Source: Mycobacterium sp. (GTDB taxonomy: Bacteria; Actinomycetota; Actinomycetes; Mycobacteriales; Mycobacteriaceae). Taken from it: a stretch of 64,000 nt of DNA. Positions 51,596 to 61,036 of the stretch are shown here, piece by piece. A program made the position numbers and the translations under genes. Location of the stretch: NCBI GenBank assembly GCA_036495965.1, contig DASXMA010000340.1:6465-70464 (forward strand), read 5' to 3'. Numbering within the stretch: the first letter of the stretch is position 1; every line of letters starts with the position of its first letter. The notes below the pieces were generated by a model that made no database searches, was not told where the DNA came from, and worked only from the letters and a program-made list of their open reading frames with translations.

Positions 51596-52843
51596 CTACG
51601 GCCCGGGTTCGACAGCGAACTCCTGCGCGTGGTCCAGTTCGCGCAGCGACGGCAGCCCGCAAGCGACGAGCCCGATCAACAGGATGGGCACCGCCAACGT
51701 CAGGAACGTGGCCTTCAGTCCGGCGGCGTCAGCCAGCGGACCCGCCACCAGCAAGCCCAACGGGCCGGCGGCGTAGGTCAGCCCCGTCATAACCCCGACC
51801 ACTCGACCACGTAGATGACCCGGAGCCCGGGTCTGCATCATGTAGTTGTAAATCGGCTGGATAGGCCCGTAGACCAGGCCGGTCACCGCGCACAGCGCCA
51901 GGATCACCGGCAACGGCGGCAGAAACGCGATGCAGGCCGTCGCGGCACCAAAGGTGAGGGTCGCGGTCAGCACAGCCGTGCGTCGCCGCGTGTATTTCGA
52001 CAGCACGGCATAGCCGAGCGCGCCTGCCACGCCACCGATCGCAAGCGCCATCAATGCCCAACCCAACTGCGCTGGCTGATGCCGGTCGGCGAAATATTTT
52101 GGGAACAGCACGCTTTCCATCGGCAGGTAAAGCGCGGTGACGGCCAAGTCGATCAGCCCGAGCGTCCGTAGCACCCGCAGGTTCCAGACAAATCGCATTC
52201 CTTCGACGATGCCGGACACCAACCCTTCGGGTCGGGTCGCCTGGTGTGGCTTGCCGGCGCCCTCGAGCCGCAGCGCCACGATTGCGAGGATGGACAACCC
52301 GAAACAACCCGCCGTGACCCACATCGTGTTGATGCCACCGACCGTGGCGATCATCAAACTGCCGATGCCCGGGCCCACCATGAAGCCCAGGTTGAGAATC
52401 GCCTCGTAGATGCTGTTGGTGCGGTCCAGCGACCAGCCCGCACGGGCGGCGGCCTCGGGCAGCATCGACTGGCGCGCCGTTGTCCCGGCCGGGTCGAAAG
52501 CAGCTGCGAAGAAGGCCAACGCGGCGAGGTCGGCGACGTTGATCGCTTTTGGGCCGAAGAACCAGGCGATCAGCGGGACGGCGGCCACCGCTGTCCCGGA
52601 CAGTGAATCGGAGACGAGTGAAACCCGGCGACGCCCGAAAAAGTCGACCGCCGTACCGGCGACCAGCGTGGACAGCACCAACGGCACCGTCATCGCAGCA
52701 GCCACGATCGACGCGTCGCGCGCGCTGTCTTCGTGCTGCAACGCCAGCCACGGGAACGCGACTATCGAGATGCCGGTACCCGCCGTCGCCATCAGCGTGG
52801 CGAATAGGATCAAGAACGCTGGGCCCCGGCTGCTGCTCTTCAT
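51596..52843 (-). CDS. tap: MFS multidrug efflux pump Tap (Rv1258c-like)
   Basis: 12-TM MFS, GTAVDFFGRRR, LRGRVVGVM; syntenic position. Confidence 0.88.
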   Translation of the reverse strand: MKSSSRGPAFLILFATLMATAGTGISIVAFPWLALQHEDSARDASIVAAAMTVPLVLSTLVAGTAVDFFGRRRVSLVSDSLSGTAVAAVPLIAWFFGPKAINVADLAALAFFAAAFDPAGTTARQSMLPEAAARAGWSLDRTNSIYEAILNLGFMVGPGIGSLMIATVGGINTMWVTAGCFGLSILAIVALRLEGAGKPHQATRPEGLVSGIVEGMRFVWNLRVLRTLGLIDLAVTALYLPMESVLFPKYFADRHQPAQLGWALMALAIGGVAGALGYAVLSKYTRRRTAVLTATLTFGAATACIAFLPPLPVILALCAVTGLVYGPIQPIYNYMMQTRAPGHLRGRVVGVMTGLTYAAGPLGLLVAGPLADAAGLKATFLTLAVPILLIGLVACGLPSLRELDHAQEFAVEPGP

Positions 52844-52858
52844 GGGATATCGCGCCTG

Positions 52859-52895
52859 AATTTATGCCAAAGCGTTATCCGCGGCGACCGAATTT
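52859..52895 (-). promoter_or_regulatory. WhiB7-type promoter of tap
   Basis: Minus strand AAATT-N3-TCGCCG-N17-TAAATT, i.e. AT-rich patch 3 nt before -35, 17-nt spacer, TAnnnT -10; tap is an established WhiB7 target. Confidence 0.6.
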
Positions 52896-52914
52896 CGTGA
52901 CCGGCATCGCGTGA

Positions 52915-53742
52915 ATGCAGGATGTTCATGTGCTCGTCCATCCCAATACCGGCCAGGCGTTCGGCTCTCCCGTCGTGCCCGGCACCGGCTGGCCGGGCGA
53001 TCCGGCCACCCGGCAGACTCCGGTGGCCGCCGATGCCGCGCACGTCTCAGCGCTGGCGGCCCGGGCCAACTCGATACCGGAGCTCGATGCCGTAGTCAGC
53101 GTGTGCCGGGCCTGCCCGCGCCTGGTCGAGTGGCGAGAGGACGTCGCCGTCATCAAGCGCCGGGCCTTTGCCGACCAGCCGTATTGGGGGCGGCCGGTGC
53201 CGGGCTGGGGATCGGAGCGCCCGCGGCTGTTGATCGTCGGGTTAGCGCCCGCCGCGCACGGCGCCAACCGGACCGGACGCATGTTCACCGGCGACCGGTC
53301 CGGGGATCAGCTTTACGCGGCACTGCACCGGGCCGGGCTGGTGAATTCACCGACCAGTGTCGACGCCGCAGACGGCTTGCGGGCCAACCAGATTCGGATC
53401 TCCGCACCGGTGCGATGCGCTCCGCCGGCCAACGCGCCTACCCCGGCGGAGCGGGACGCCTGTTGGCCCTGGCTTCGGGCCGAATGGCGCTTGGTGTCCG
53501 AACATGTTCGGGCCATCGTCGCCCTGGGCGGGTTCGCCTGGCAGATTGCGCTACGGCTGCCAGGCGTGGCCGAAAGGCGCAAACCGCGGTTCGGCCACGG
53601 CGCCGTCGCGGAGCTGCCATCGGGTGTGCGACTGCTCGGCTGCTACCACCCGAGCCAGCAAAACATGTTCACCGGTAGGCTGACTCCGGCAATGCTCGAC
53701 GACATCTTCAATGACGCCAAGAAGCTGGCAGGGATCAAGTGA
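52915..53742 (+). CDS. udgB: Uracil-DNA glycosylase family 5 (UdgB)
   Basis: [33 protein letters not shown]. Confidence 0.93.
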   Translation: MQDVHVLVHPNTGQAFGSPVVPGTGWPGDPATRQTPVAADAAHVSALAARANSIPELDAVVSVCRACPRLVEWREDVAVIKRRAFADQPYWGRPVPGWGSERPRLLIVGLAPAAHGANRTGRMFTGDRSGDQLYAALHRAGLVNSPTSVDAADGLRANQIRISAPVRCAPPANAPTPAERDACWPWLRAEWRLVSEHVRAIVALGGFAWQIALRLPGVAERRKPRFGHGAVAELPSGVRLLGCYHPSQQNMFTGRLTPAMLDDIFNDAKKLAGIK

Positions 53743-53748
53743 CTTCCC

Positions 53749-54867
53749 ATGTCTGAGGTACTGATTTCCGGAGCCAGCGTCGCCGGTACAGCGTTGGCGT
53801 ATTGGCTTGCCCAGCATGGCCATTCGATCACCGTCGTGGAGCGCCACCCAGGGCTGCGCCCCGGAGGCCAGGCGATCGACGTGCGCGGTCCGGCGCTGAC
53901 GGTGCTGGACCGCATGGGGCTGCTGGCCGCTGCCGAGGAGCGCAAGACGCGAATTCGGGGCGCGTCCGTCGTCGACCGTGACGGCAACGAGCTGTCCCGG
54001 GACACCGAATCGACCCCGACTGGTGGTCCCATCGATAACCCCGACATCGAGCTGCTGCGTGACGATTTGGTCGAATTGCTTTACGAGGCGACCTAACCGG
54101 CGACTGAGTACCTATTCGACGACAGCATTGTCGATTTGGATAACCGGGGCCCATCGGTCGATGTGACTTTTGCACGCGCCCCCGACCGCAGCTTCGACGT
54201 GGCTATCGGCGCCGACGGCTTGCATTCCAATGTGCGCGAGTTGGTCTTCGGTCCAGAGGAGCGGTTCATCAAGAGACTGGGGACATTCGCGGCGATCTTC
54301 ACGGTGCCCAACTTCCTCGACTTGGACTACTGGCAGACCTGGCACTACGGGGACTCCACGATGGCCGGGGTCTACAGCGCGCGTAACAACGCCGAGGCCC
54401 GGGCCATGTTGGGCTTCATGGACACCGAGCTACGCATCGACTACCGCGACACCGAAGCCCAGTTCGACGAGGTGGACCGGCGGATGGCCGGCGAGGGCTG
54501 GGTACGCCCGCAACTGCTGAAGTACATGCGTTCCGCATCGGATTTCTACTTCGACGAAATGTCGCAGATCGTGATGGATCACTGGTCGATCGGCAGGGTG
54601 GCGCTGGTTGGTGACGCTGCCTATTGCTGCTCGCCGTTGTCGGGCCAGGGGACCAGTGTCGCGCTGTTGGGTGCCTACATCCTGGCCGGCGAGCTCGCGG
54701 CAGCCGGTGACGACCATGGACTTGGCTTCGCCAGCTACTTCAAGGCATTCAACAGCTATGTCAAACGCACCCAATGGCTGGCCACCGACAACATTCCGGG
54801 CGGTGCGCCCATATCGCAGGAGCAGTTCGACGCCATTGTCGGTTCGATCACGTTGAAGAACTACTGA
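53749..54867 (+). pseudogene. FAD-dependent oxidoreductase (Rv1260-like) interrupted by an in-frame TAA
   Basis: ISGASVAG ... LYEAT*PATEYLFDDS ... GADGLHS ... GDAAY..SPLSGQG; TAA at 54094-54096, frame continuous. Confidence 0.88.
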
Positions 54868-54915
54868 CCAGGCAGCTGCGGGAACGTTCCTTCGCGCGTA
54901 CGCGTTGACGCCATC

Positions 54916-55956
54916 GTGCGACTTTCCGTCCTTGACCTCGTCCCGGTGCGATCGGACCAGTCGACCTCGGATGCGCTGGCGGCCACGGTAACGGTGGCGC
55001 AGACCGCGGATCGTCTGGGTTTCACGCGCTACTGGCTCGCCGAACACCACAACATGCCGTCCGTGGGGGCCACCAGCCCGCCGGTGTTGATCGCCTACCT
55101 CGCCGCGCAGACCTCGCAGCTGCGACTCGGCTCGGGCGGTGTGATGCTGCCCAACCACGCGCCGCTGGCGGTGGCCGAGCAGTTCGCGCTGCTGGAAGCG
55201 GCCGCCCCGGGCCGGATTGACTTGGGTATCGGCAGGGCGCCGGGGTCGGATCCCGTCACGTCGTATGCCCTGCGCGGCCGCTCGGCAGCTGAGCAAGATC
55301 GCGACATCGAGAACTTCCCCGAATACCTCGACGATGTGGCGGCACTGATGAGCGCACGCGGCGTGCGGGTGCCGCTGCGTTCCGGGGACTACATGCTCAA
55401 GGCCACCCCGGCCGCCGCGACCGAACCGCGCCTGTGGCTGCTGGGTTCGTCGATGTACTCAGCGCATCTGGCTGCCGCCAAGGGGCTGCCGTACGTGTTC
55501 GCGCATCACTTCTCCGGTAGGGGAACCGAAGAGGCACTTGAGCTCTACCGTTCCCGGTTCGTGCCCAGCGACCTGGCAGCAGAGCCGGTGACATTTTTGA
55601 CGGTGAATGCCGTCGTGGCCGAAACACGCGACGAGGCAACGGCGTTGATGCTGCCCAACTTGCAGATGATGGCGAAGCTACGGACCGGACAACCGCTCGG
55701 GCCGGTGCCTCTGGTCGAGGAAGCTCAAGTCGCGGAGCTGACGCCGCAGCAGCAGCGCGTAGTGGAAAGCGGACTGCAACGTGCCGTGCTGGGCGCACCC
55801 GCGGAGGCCGCCGAACAGCTGCGGGCACTTGCCGAACGGTTCGGCGTCGACGAGGTGATGGTGAACCCGGTCGCGTCGGCCCGCCGCGGCACCGAACGCG
55901 CTACCGCGCCAGCACGAGTGGCCACACTGGAATTGCTGGCGAAAGAGCTTTTCTAG
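54916..55956 (+). CDS. LLM class (luciferase-like) flavin-dependent oxidoreductase
   Basis: LSVLD, WLAEHHN, GSGGVMLPNH, GRIDLGIGRAPG, WLLGSS. Confidence 0.92.
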   Translation: MRLSVLDLVPVRSDQSTSDALAATVTVAQTADRLGFTRYWLAEHHNMPSVGATSPPVLIAYLAAQTSQLRLGSGGVMLPNHAPLAVAEQFALLEAAAPGRIDLGIGRAPGSDPVTSYALRGRSAAEQDRDIENFPEYLDDVAALMSARGVRVPLRSGDYMLKATPAAATEPRLWLLGSSMYSAHLAAAKGLPYVFAHHFSGRGTEEALELYRSRFVPSDLAAEPVTFLTVNAVVAETRDEATALMLPNLQMMAKLRTGQPLGPVPLVEEAQVAELTPQQQRVVESGLQRAVLGAPAEAAEQLRALAERFGVDEVMVNPVASARRGTERATAPARVATLELLAKELF

Positions 55957-55978
55957 CCAATTCGCTTCGCGCCCAGGG

Positions 55979-58900
55979 CTATTCGTTGACTCCCGCTTGT
56001 TCAGATTCCGTTGCATCGCGATCAAGTACGCTGCTGATGATCCACTGCTGCAATTCATTCGCGGGCAACGGCGGGCTGTGCACGAAGCCCTGCGTTATCG
56101 TGCAGCCGTACCTCCGCAGCGCATTCAACGTCATCTCGTCTTCGACACCCTCGGCGACAAGGTCGGCTCCCAGGCTGTGCGCCAACGCCACCGTGGACCG
56201 CACGATGGCAACCGATCGCGGGTCTCGGGCCAGCCGTGCCACGAATATTCTGTCGAGTTTCAGCTCGTCGACCGAAACATCCTGCAGGCGTGCCAGCGAA
56301 GACCACCCGGTGCCGTAGTCGTCGAGCGAGATGCGAACACCGAGGTGCTGCAGCTCGGCGACGGTATTTCGGGATCGCACCGAATCGACGAGGGCACTCT
56401 CGGTGATCTCAATGATGAGAGCGTCGGCGGGCAGACCGTGGGTTCGCAGCAGCCGTTCGATGGTGCCGACCAGGTCAAGGTCAAGCAGATTTGTTGCCGA
56501 GAGGTTCACTGCGACGGCCAGAGCGATGCCCTGCTCGCGCCAGGAGTGGATCTGTTCGAGTGCGCGACTGACCGTGCGGTTGGCCACTTTACGCATCAGC
56601 CCGGCGCGTTCGGCGGCAGGCAGGAATTCCTCCGGTAGCAGCAACCCACGGCTGGGATGCTGCCAGCGCAGCAGTGCCTCGACACTATGCACACTGCCAT
56701 CGCTTGCGTTGATCTTTGGCTGGTAATGCAACATCAATTCGTCACCATCAAGCAGCGCGGCGCGTAGTTGCTCGATGAGGTTGGGGTCATTATCGCGATA
56801 CAGCTCAAACGCCGAGTCGTACACCGCGATCTTGCTTTTGGCGGCTTTGGCCTGCGGAATCGCCGTCTCGGCGCGATTCAGTAGCTCCTGCGGGTGGTCA
56901 CAGTGGTCTGGGAAGAGCGCAATGGCGATGCGGGCATCCACTTGCACGGTGATCGGATCCAGCGCGAACGGTTCGCTCAAGGCCTCGAGCAAACGACCCG
57001 CCTGGGCACGTGCGGCGATGAGATCAGCCCCGGCGGCCATCAGAATTGCGAATTCGTCATCACCCGCGCGGGCCAGCAGGTCCTCACGACGCACACAGGT
57101 CGACAGTCGATTCGCGATGTGACACAACAGTTCATCACCGAAGTGGTGACCGAGCGAGTTGTTGATTTCGTGGAACTCATAGAGATCCAGTAACAGGAGC
57201 GCGCGACGTGACGGCGTCCTGGTTGTCGCCAATGAGGTTCCTGACAACGCTGAACCGTTCGCCGCGGTCAGGGCAATCGCCAGTGAGCGCCGATTGGGCA
57301 ACGCGGTCAACTCGTCGGTCATCGCGTGTTTGTGCCTCTCGGCCAGCATGCTGACGTCCCGGAAGGTCACCGAGAATCGCGCTGCCGTCGCGATCAGGCT
57401 CAGCGCGGCGAGAGTCACCGCGGGTCGCGAGTCGTGAGCCAGGATGGCGACTCCCAGTGCCACGACGGTGCACGCAACCGGCTTGACGTAGGACCCGAGT
57501 GCGCGCCTCGGTACGGGCACCACCGACGACGCAGGCGCCCAGCTGGCCATCGTCACCAACAATGACGACGCCGGCCAGCAGGCATCGAGCAAGGTGCCAG
57601 CCCGGTACGAGCCGACCGAGGTCTGGAAGAGATACGCGGTGTCCGCGCCCGCAAACAAAATAAATCCGGCAGCCAGAAGGGGCCAGCGAAAGTCGTTACG
57701 CCAGCCAAGAATCGGCAGCATGCTGGCGACCAGAGCCAGCAGGACCAGATCGCCCCACGGGTACGCCAGGCCCACCAGCACGGTCGCCGGTGCGCGGGTC
57801 ATCGCCGGGTGGATCGGCCCTGCCATCAGCGCCACGCCGACCGCGCCCATCGTCAGCCCGCAGACCAGGGAATCGAGCTGGATGGGAACCGGCACCGGCT
57901 TGAATCGTGACCGCATGAGCAGCAGGAGGCCTGCATAGACGAGCGGATAAAACACCAGGTACGCCGGATCGGCCGCCGATGGTGACTGACCGTTCGGCAC
58001 CCACAGGGAGTAGATAACGTCGCCTATCGCCGAAAATGTCATGCCTGCCGCGATCAGGATCCAAGCCAAACGGTCGGCTGCGATCCGGTAAGCGCGAACG
58101 GCAATCAGCCCGGCCGCCAACAGGTTCAACGCCGAATACAAAAACTTGGCGAAGAATACGCTGTGACCCGTATGCGGGTTGAATACGCACGACGCGGTAA
58201 AAGCGATCACGCCGATCGCCAAGACCCCGATGGCAATGCGGATTGCTGTCGGCGGCCACGGAATGCCCTTTGGCGCATCGTCGGATTGATCTGGCGTTGA
58301 CGGCGCGACTTCGGAGATCAGCCTCGACGCCGGTGCCGGCACCCTGTCATTGTTCGCGGCGCGCTGGTAGGCCGGGCTTGCTGAGCGATCTTGAGTAGCC
58401 GATACCGCCGAGTCGGTGAAAAGCGGGAATGTATGAGGGAAGGGCAGATCGGGCACGAAACTTCGGATACATTGGCCGCCTTCGCGTTTGGCGGCATACA
58501 TAGCCAAGTCGGCGTGCCGGAGCATCTGGTCGACGCTGCAACTGGAGGCGGTGGTGGCCACCGTGAACCCGATGCTCGGACGTACCGCTACGGGAACGCC
58601 GTCGATCACGATCGCCGCGGTGAATGACTCGAGAACCCGATGCGCTGCGGCTTGTGATTCCTCGACGGAACCTTCGATCAGCACGGCGAATTCGTCACCA
58701 CCAAGGCGGGCGACAGTGCCCGTTTCCCCCAGCGCTGCGGTGATCCGCCCGGCGATTCGGACCAGGAGCTCGTCGCCGGCCGGATGACCCAAGGCGTCGT
58801 TGACCAACTTGAAGTTGTCGAGGTCGAGGCACAACACCGCAATCGGCTCCCCGTCGTGCCGGCGATTAGCGACGGCCTGTTCCAGCCGTTGGATGAAGTG

Positions 58901-59944
58901 AGCCCGATTGGCCAGGCCGGTCAGGCTGTCACGAAAAGCTTCTCGCGCCACTTCAGACAACAAGGCCTGGTTTTCGACGAGTACAACGAGCTGGCGGGCG
59001 AGCACCGCGACCACCAGGATTCCCAGCGCGGCGGTCATCGGTCCGGGCCCCAACTCGCGGAGCGTGTGGCGCAATCCGATCGCGGCGGCCAGCACCAGCG
59101 GCAAGTACGGCAACCACACCCGGACACGGGAGGTAATCGCACCCTGCGTCGGTGCTGTCGGGGCCTCGTGGACACTGGACAGCGCAGCCAACGCCACCAT
59201 CCCCAACCCGGCCACTCGGGTCACGTCGACCAGATCGCCGGTGTGATAGCTGCCGACTCCGGTCTGGAACACGATCACGATGTCGGCAACACCGATCGTC
59301 GCGATTCCGCCGGCTAACAGGTTCAGGCTCGGCCGGCGGCCAGGACGAGCCCGCGACAACATCACGAGCGCCAGCGTGATGACGACGACGTCGGCGAAAA
59401 TGTGCGCGAACGTCGTGAGCTGCGAGCTACTGCCCTCGTGTATCAGTTTGCGGAGGACGAATACCCACGAGGCCACAAACAGTGAGCTCGCCACGATGAC
59501 GCCGTCCAGCACCAGTTGCCGAATGCGGTGAATGCGATCGGTTAGCAGCACCAAAGACGCAAAGGCGCCGACTGGGTACAAAACGAGCACAATCTCAGCC
59601 GCCGCTGGGTGAACGGCATGATCGAATTCGGGGCGCACGTCGTAGACCGCCCAGATGACCTCCCCGACCGCCCAGCCCAAGAGGCCTGTCGCCAGCGCCA
59701 GCCATCCGAATCTGCGGCGCCCGACCGCGAAGCGGGCCGCGTTGCCGGCACATCCCGTGGCGAACACCAGACACAACACCGACACAACTTGGTCGACCGG
59801 CCGAGTCGCATACGCGCCGTGCCACCCCCAGACCCACGACGCTATGACCAGCACCGCCGCGACGCCGTATCCTCCGGCGACGAGCCAACCTATGCGCGCA
59901 GGCAGCCCGAAGCGCCGCCACGGATTTCCCGTCCAGCGTTTCAT
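55979..59944 (-). CDS. Membrane diguanylate cyclase/phosphodiesterase with TM-GGDEF-TM-GGDEF-EAL architecture
   Basis: GGDEF at 58688-58702, GDDEF at 57050-57064, EAL at 56672-56680, DDYGTG, two multi-TM blocks; GGAG RBS upstream of ATG 59944. Confidence 0.92.
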   Translation of the reverse strand: MKRWTGNPWRRFGLPARIGWLVAGGYGVAAVLVIASWVWGWHGAYATRPVDQVVSVLCLVFATGCAGNAARFAVGRRRFGWLALATGLLGWAVGEVIWAVYDVRPEFDHAVHPAAAEIVLVLYPVGAFASLVLLTDRIHRIRQLVLDGVIVASSLFVASWVFVLRKLIHEGSSSQLTTFAHIFADVVVITLALVMLSRARPGRRPSLNLLAGGIATIGVADIVIVFQTGVGSYHTGDLVDVTRVAGLGMVALAALSSVHEAPTAPTQGAITSRVRVWLPYLPLVLAAAIGLRHTLRELGPGPMTAALGILVVAVLARQLVVLVENQALLSEVAREAFRDSLTGLANRAHFIQRLEQAVANRRHDGEPIAVLCLDLDNFKLVNDALGHPAGDELLVRIAGRITAALGETGTVARLGGDEFAVLIEGSVEESQAAAHRVLESFTAAIVIDGVPVAVRPSIGFTVATTASSCSVDQMLRHADLAMYAAKREGGQCIRSFVPDLPFPHTFPLFTDSAVSATQDRSASPAYQRAANNDRVPAPASRLISEVAPSTPDQSDDAPKGIPWPPTAIRIAIGVLAIGVIAFTASCVFNPHTGHSVFFAKFLYSALNLLAAGLIAVRAYRIAADRLAWILIAAGMTFSAIGDVIYSLWVPNGQSPSAADPAYLVFYPLVYAGLLLLMRSRFKPVPVPIQLDSLVCGLTMGAVGVALMAGPIHPAMTRAPATVLVGLAYPWGDLVLLALVASMLPILGWRNDFRWPLLAAGFILFAGADTAYLFQTSVGSYRAGTLLDACWPASSLLVTMASWAPASSVVPVPRRALGSYVKPVACTVVALGVAILAHDSRPAVTLAALSLIATAARFSVTFRDVSMLAERHKHAMTDELTALPNRRSLAIALTAANGSALSGTSLATTRTPSRRALLLLDLYEFHEINNSLGHHFGDELLCHIANRLSTCVRREDLLARAGDDEFAILMAAGADLIAARAQAGRLLEALSEPFALDPITVQVDARIAIALFPDHCDHPQELLNRAETAIPQAKAAKSKIAVYDSAFELYRDNDPNLIEQLRAALLDGDELMLHYQPKINASDGSVHSVEALLRWQHPSRGLLLPEEFLPAAERAGLMRKVANRTVSRALEQIHSWREQGIALAVAVNLSATNLLDLDLVGTIERLLRTHGLPADALIIEITESALVDSVRSRNTVAELQHLGVRISLDDYGTGWSSLARLQDVSVDELKLDRIFVARLARDPRSVAIVRSTVALAHSLGADLVAEGVEDEMTLNALRRYGCTITQGFVHSPPLPANELQQWIISSVLDRDATESEQAGVNE

Positions 59945-60069
59945 AGCCACTCCAGCCGCTCTGCGCTTTGCGGTGAACGCACGAATAGCTTCACCGCGCT
60001 AAAGCAGGATAAACCGCTGCGCCGTTGTCCGGGGCCGCTACGTGGTGCTCCTGTGCAGCGCGTTTACTT

Positions 60070-60516
60070 TTAACCAGGCGTCAACACTACGACCGGGATA
60101 GGCCGCGACGTCTTCTTCTGGTAAGCGGCGTAACGGTTGCTGTTGTTCTTGTTGACGATCTGCCATAACCGGGAGTATTCGGGATCGGTCGGGAGCACCG
60201 GTCGGGCTGTTACGGCGAAACGCCTTGGTCCGACGTTGATTTCCACGTTCGGGTTCTTTCGCAGGTTGTGATACCAGCCGGGTGCTCGCGGGTCGCCTCC
60301 CTTTGAAGCAACGATCAAGTAGTCTTCGCCGTCGCGCGCATAGGTTAGCGACGTGGTTCGCGCCTTACCGGTCTTGGCGCCGACGGTGTGCAGCAGCAGG
60401 CTCGGTATCAACAAGGTGCGATGGCCGATCCAACCGTTCGTCTTCCGATAAACGGTGTCGTGTACATGCAGCACCTGTGGCAGCAAGCCCTGCTCAACCC
60501 AGGATGGAAGTGGCAT
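60070..60516 (-). CDS. F420-dependent (deazaflavin) nitroreductase family protein (Rv1261c-like)
   Basis: LHTVGAKTGKAR, VASKGG..PGWYHNL..NP, Y..YQ..TSRPIPVV. Confidence 0.9.
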   Translation of the reverse strand: MPLPSWVEQGLLPQVLHVHDTVYRKTNGWIGHRTLLIPSLLLHTVGAKTGKARTTSLTYARDGEDYLIVASKGGDPRAPGWYHNLRKNPNVEINVGPRRFAVTARPVLPTDPEYSRLWQIVNKNNSNRYAAYQKKTSRPIPVVVLTPG

Positions 60517-60526
60517 TCGCCCAGTA

Positions 60527-60955
60527 TTACTGACTGGCGTCGATCCGGGCCAGGGCCTCCCGCAGGATCTGGCCGGTGGCTTCCCGGTCCGGGTCGCGGC
60601 GCAGCAGCATCCCTTTGGCGACCGCGAGCTTGTCGCCGTTGCGCCGCGGCAGCACATGCAGATGAATGTGCGGCACGGACTGAAAGGCCGCCGGGCCGTC
60701 GTTGACCCCGATGTTCGTCGCGTCGGCCAACTCCGTTGCGCGGGCCGCCCGTGCGATTCGCTGGCCGATGGTGATCATCTGTGCCAACGTCTGCGGCGGG
60801 GTGTCGGTCACGTCCACGGTGTGCCGTTTAGGAATCACCAGGGTGTGGCCGCGGGTGAACGGGCGGATGTCGAGGATTGCCAGATAGTCCTCGTCTTCGT
60901 AGATCCGGATAGCCGGTGCTTCCCCGGCGACAACCGCACAGAATACGCAGGACAT
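60527..60955 (-). CDS. HIT family protein (Rv1262c-like)
   Basis: CVFC, GHTLVIPK, QSVPHIHLHVLPR. Confidence 0.93.
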   Translation of the reverse strand: MSCVFCAVVAGEAPAIRIYEDEDYLAILDIRPFTRGHTLVIPKRHTVDVTDTPPQTLAQMITIGQRIARAARATELADATNIGVNDGPAAFQSVPHIHLHVLPRRNGDKLAVAKGMLLRRDPDREATGQILREALARIDASQ

Positions 60956-61036
60956 GTCGCCACGGTACTGGTTCGCTCATTCGACGTGTGTGGACCAGTC
61001 GGGGGCTCGCCGCGGTGAGCGGGATACGCTGCCGCA

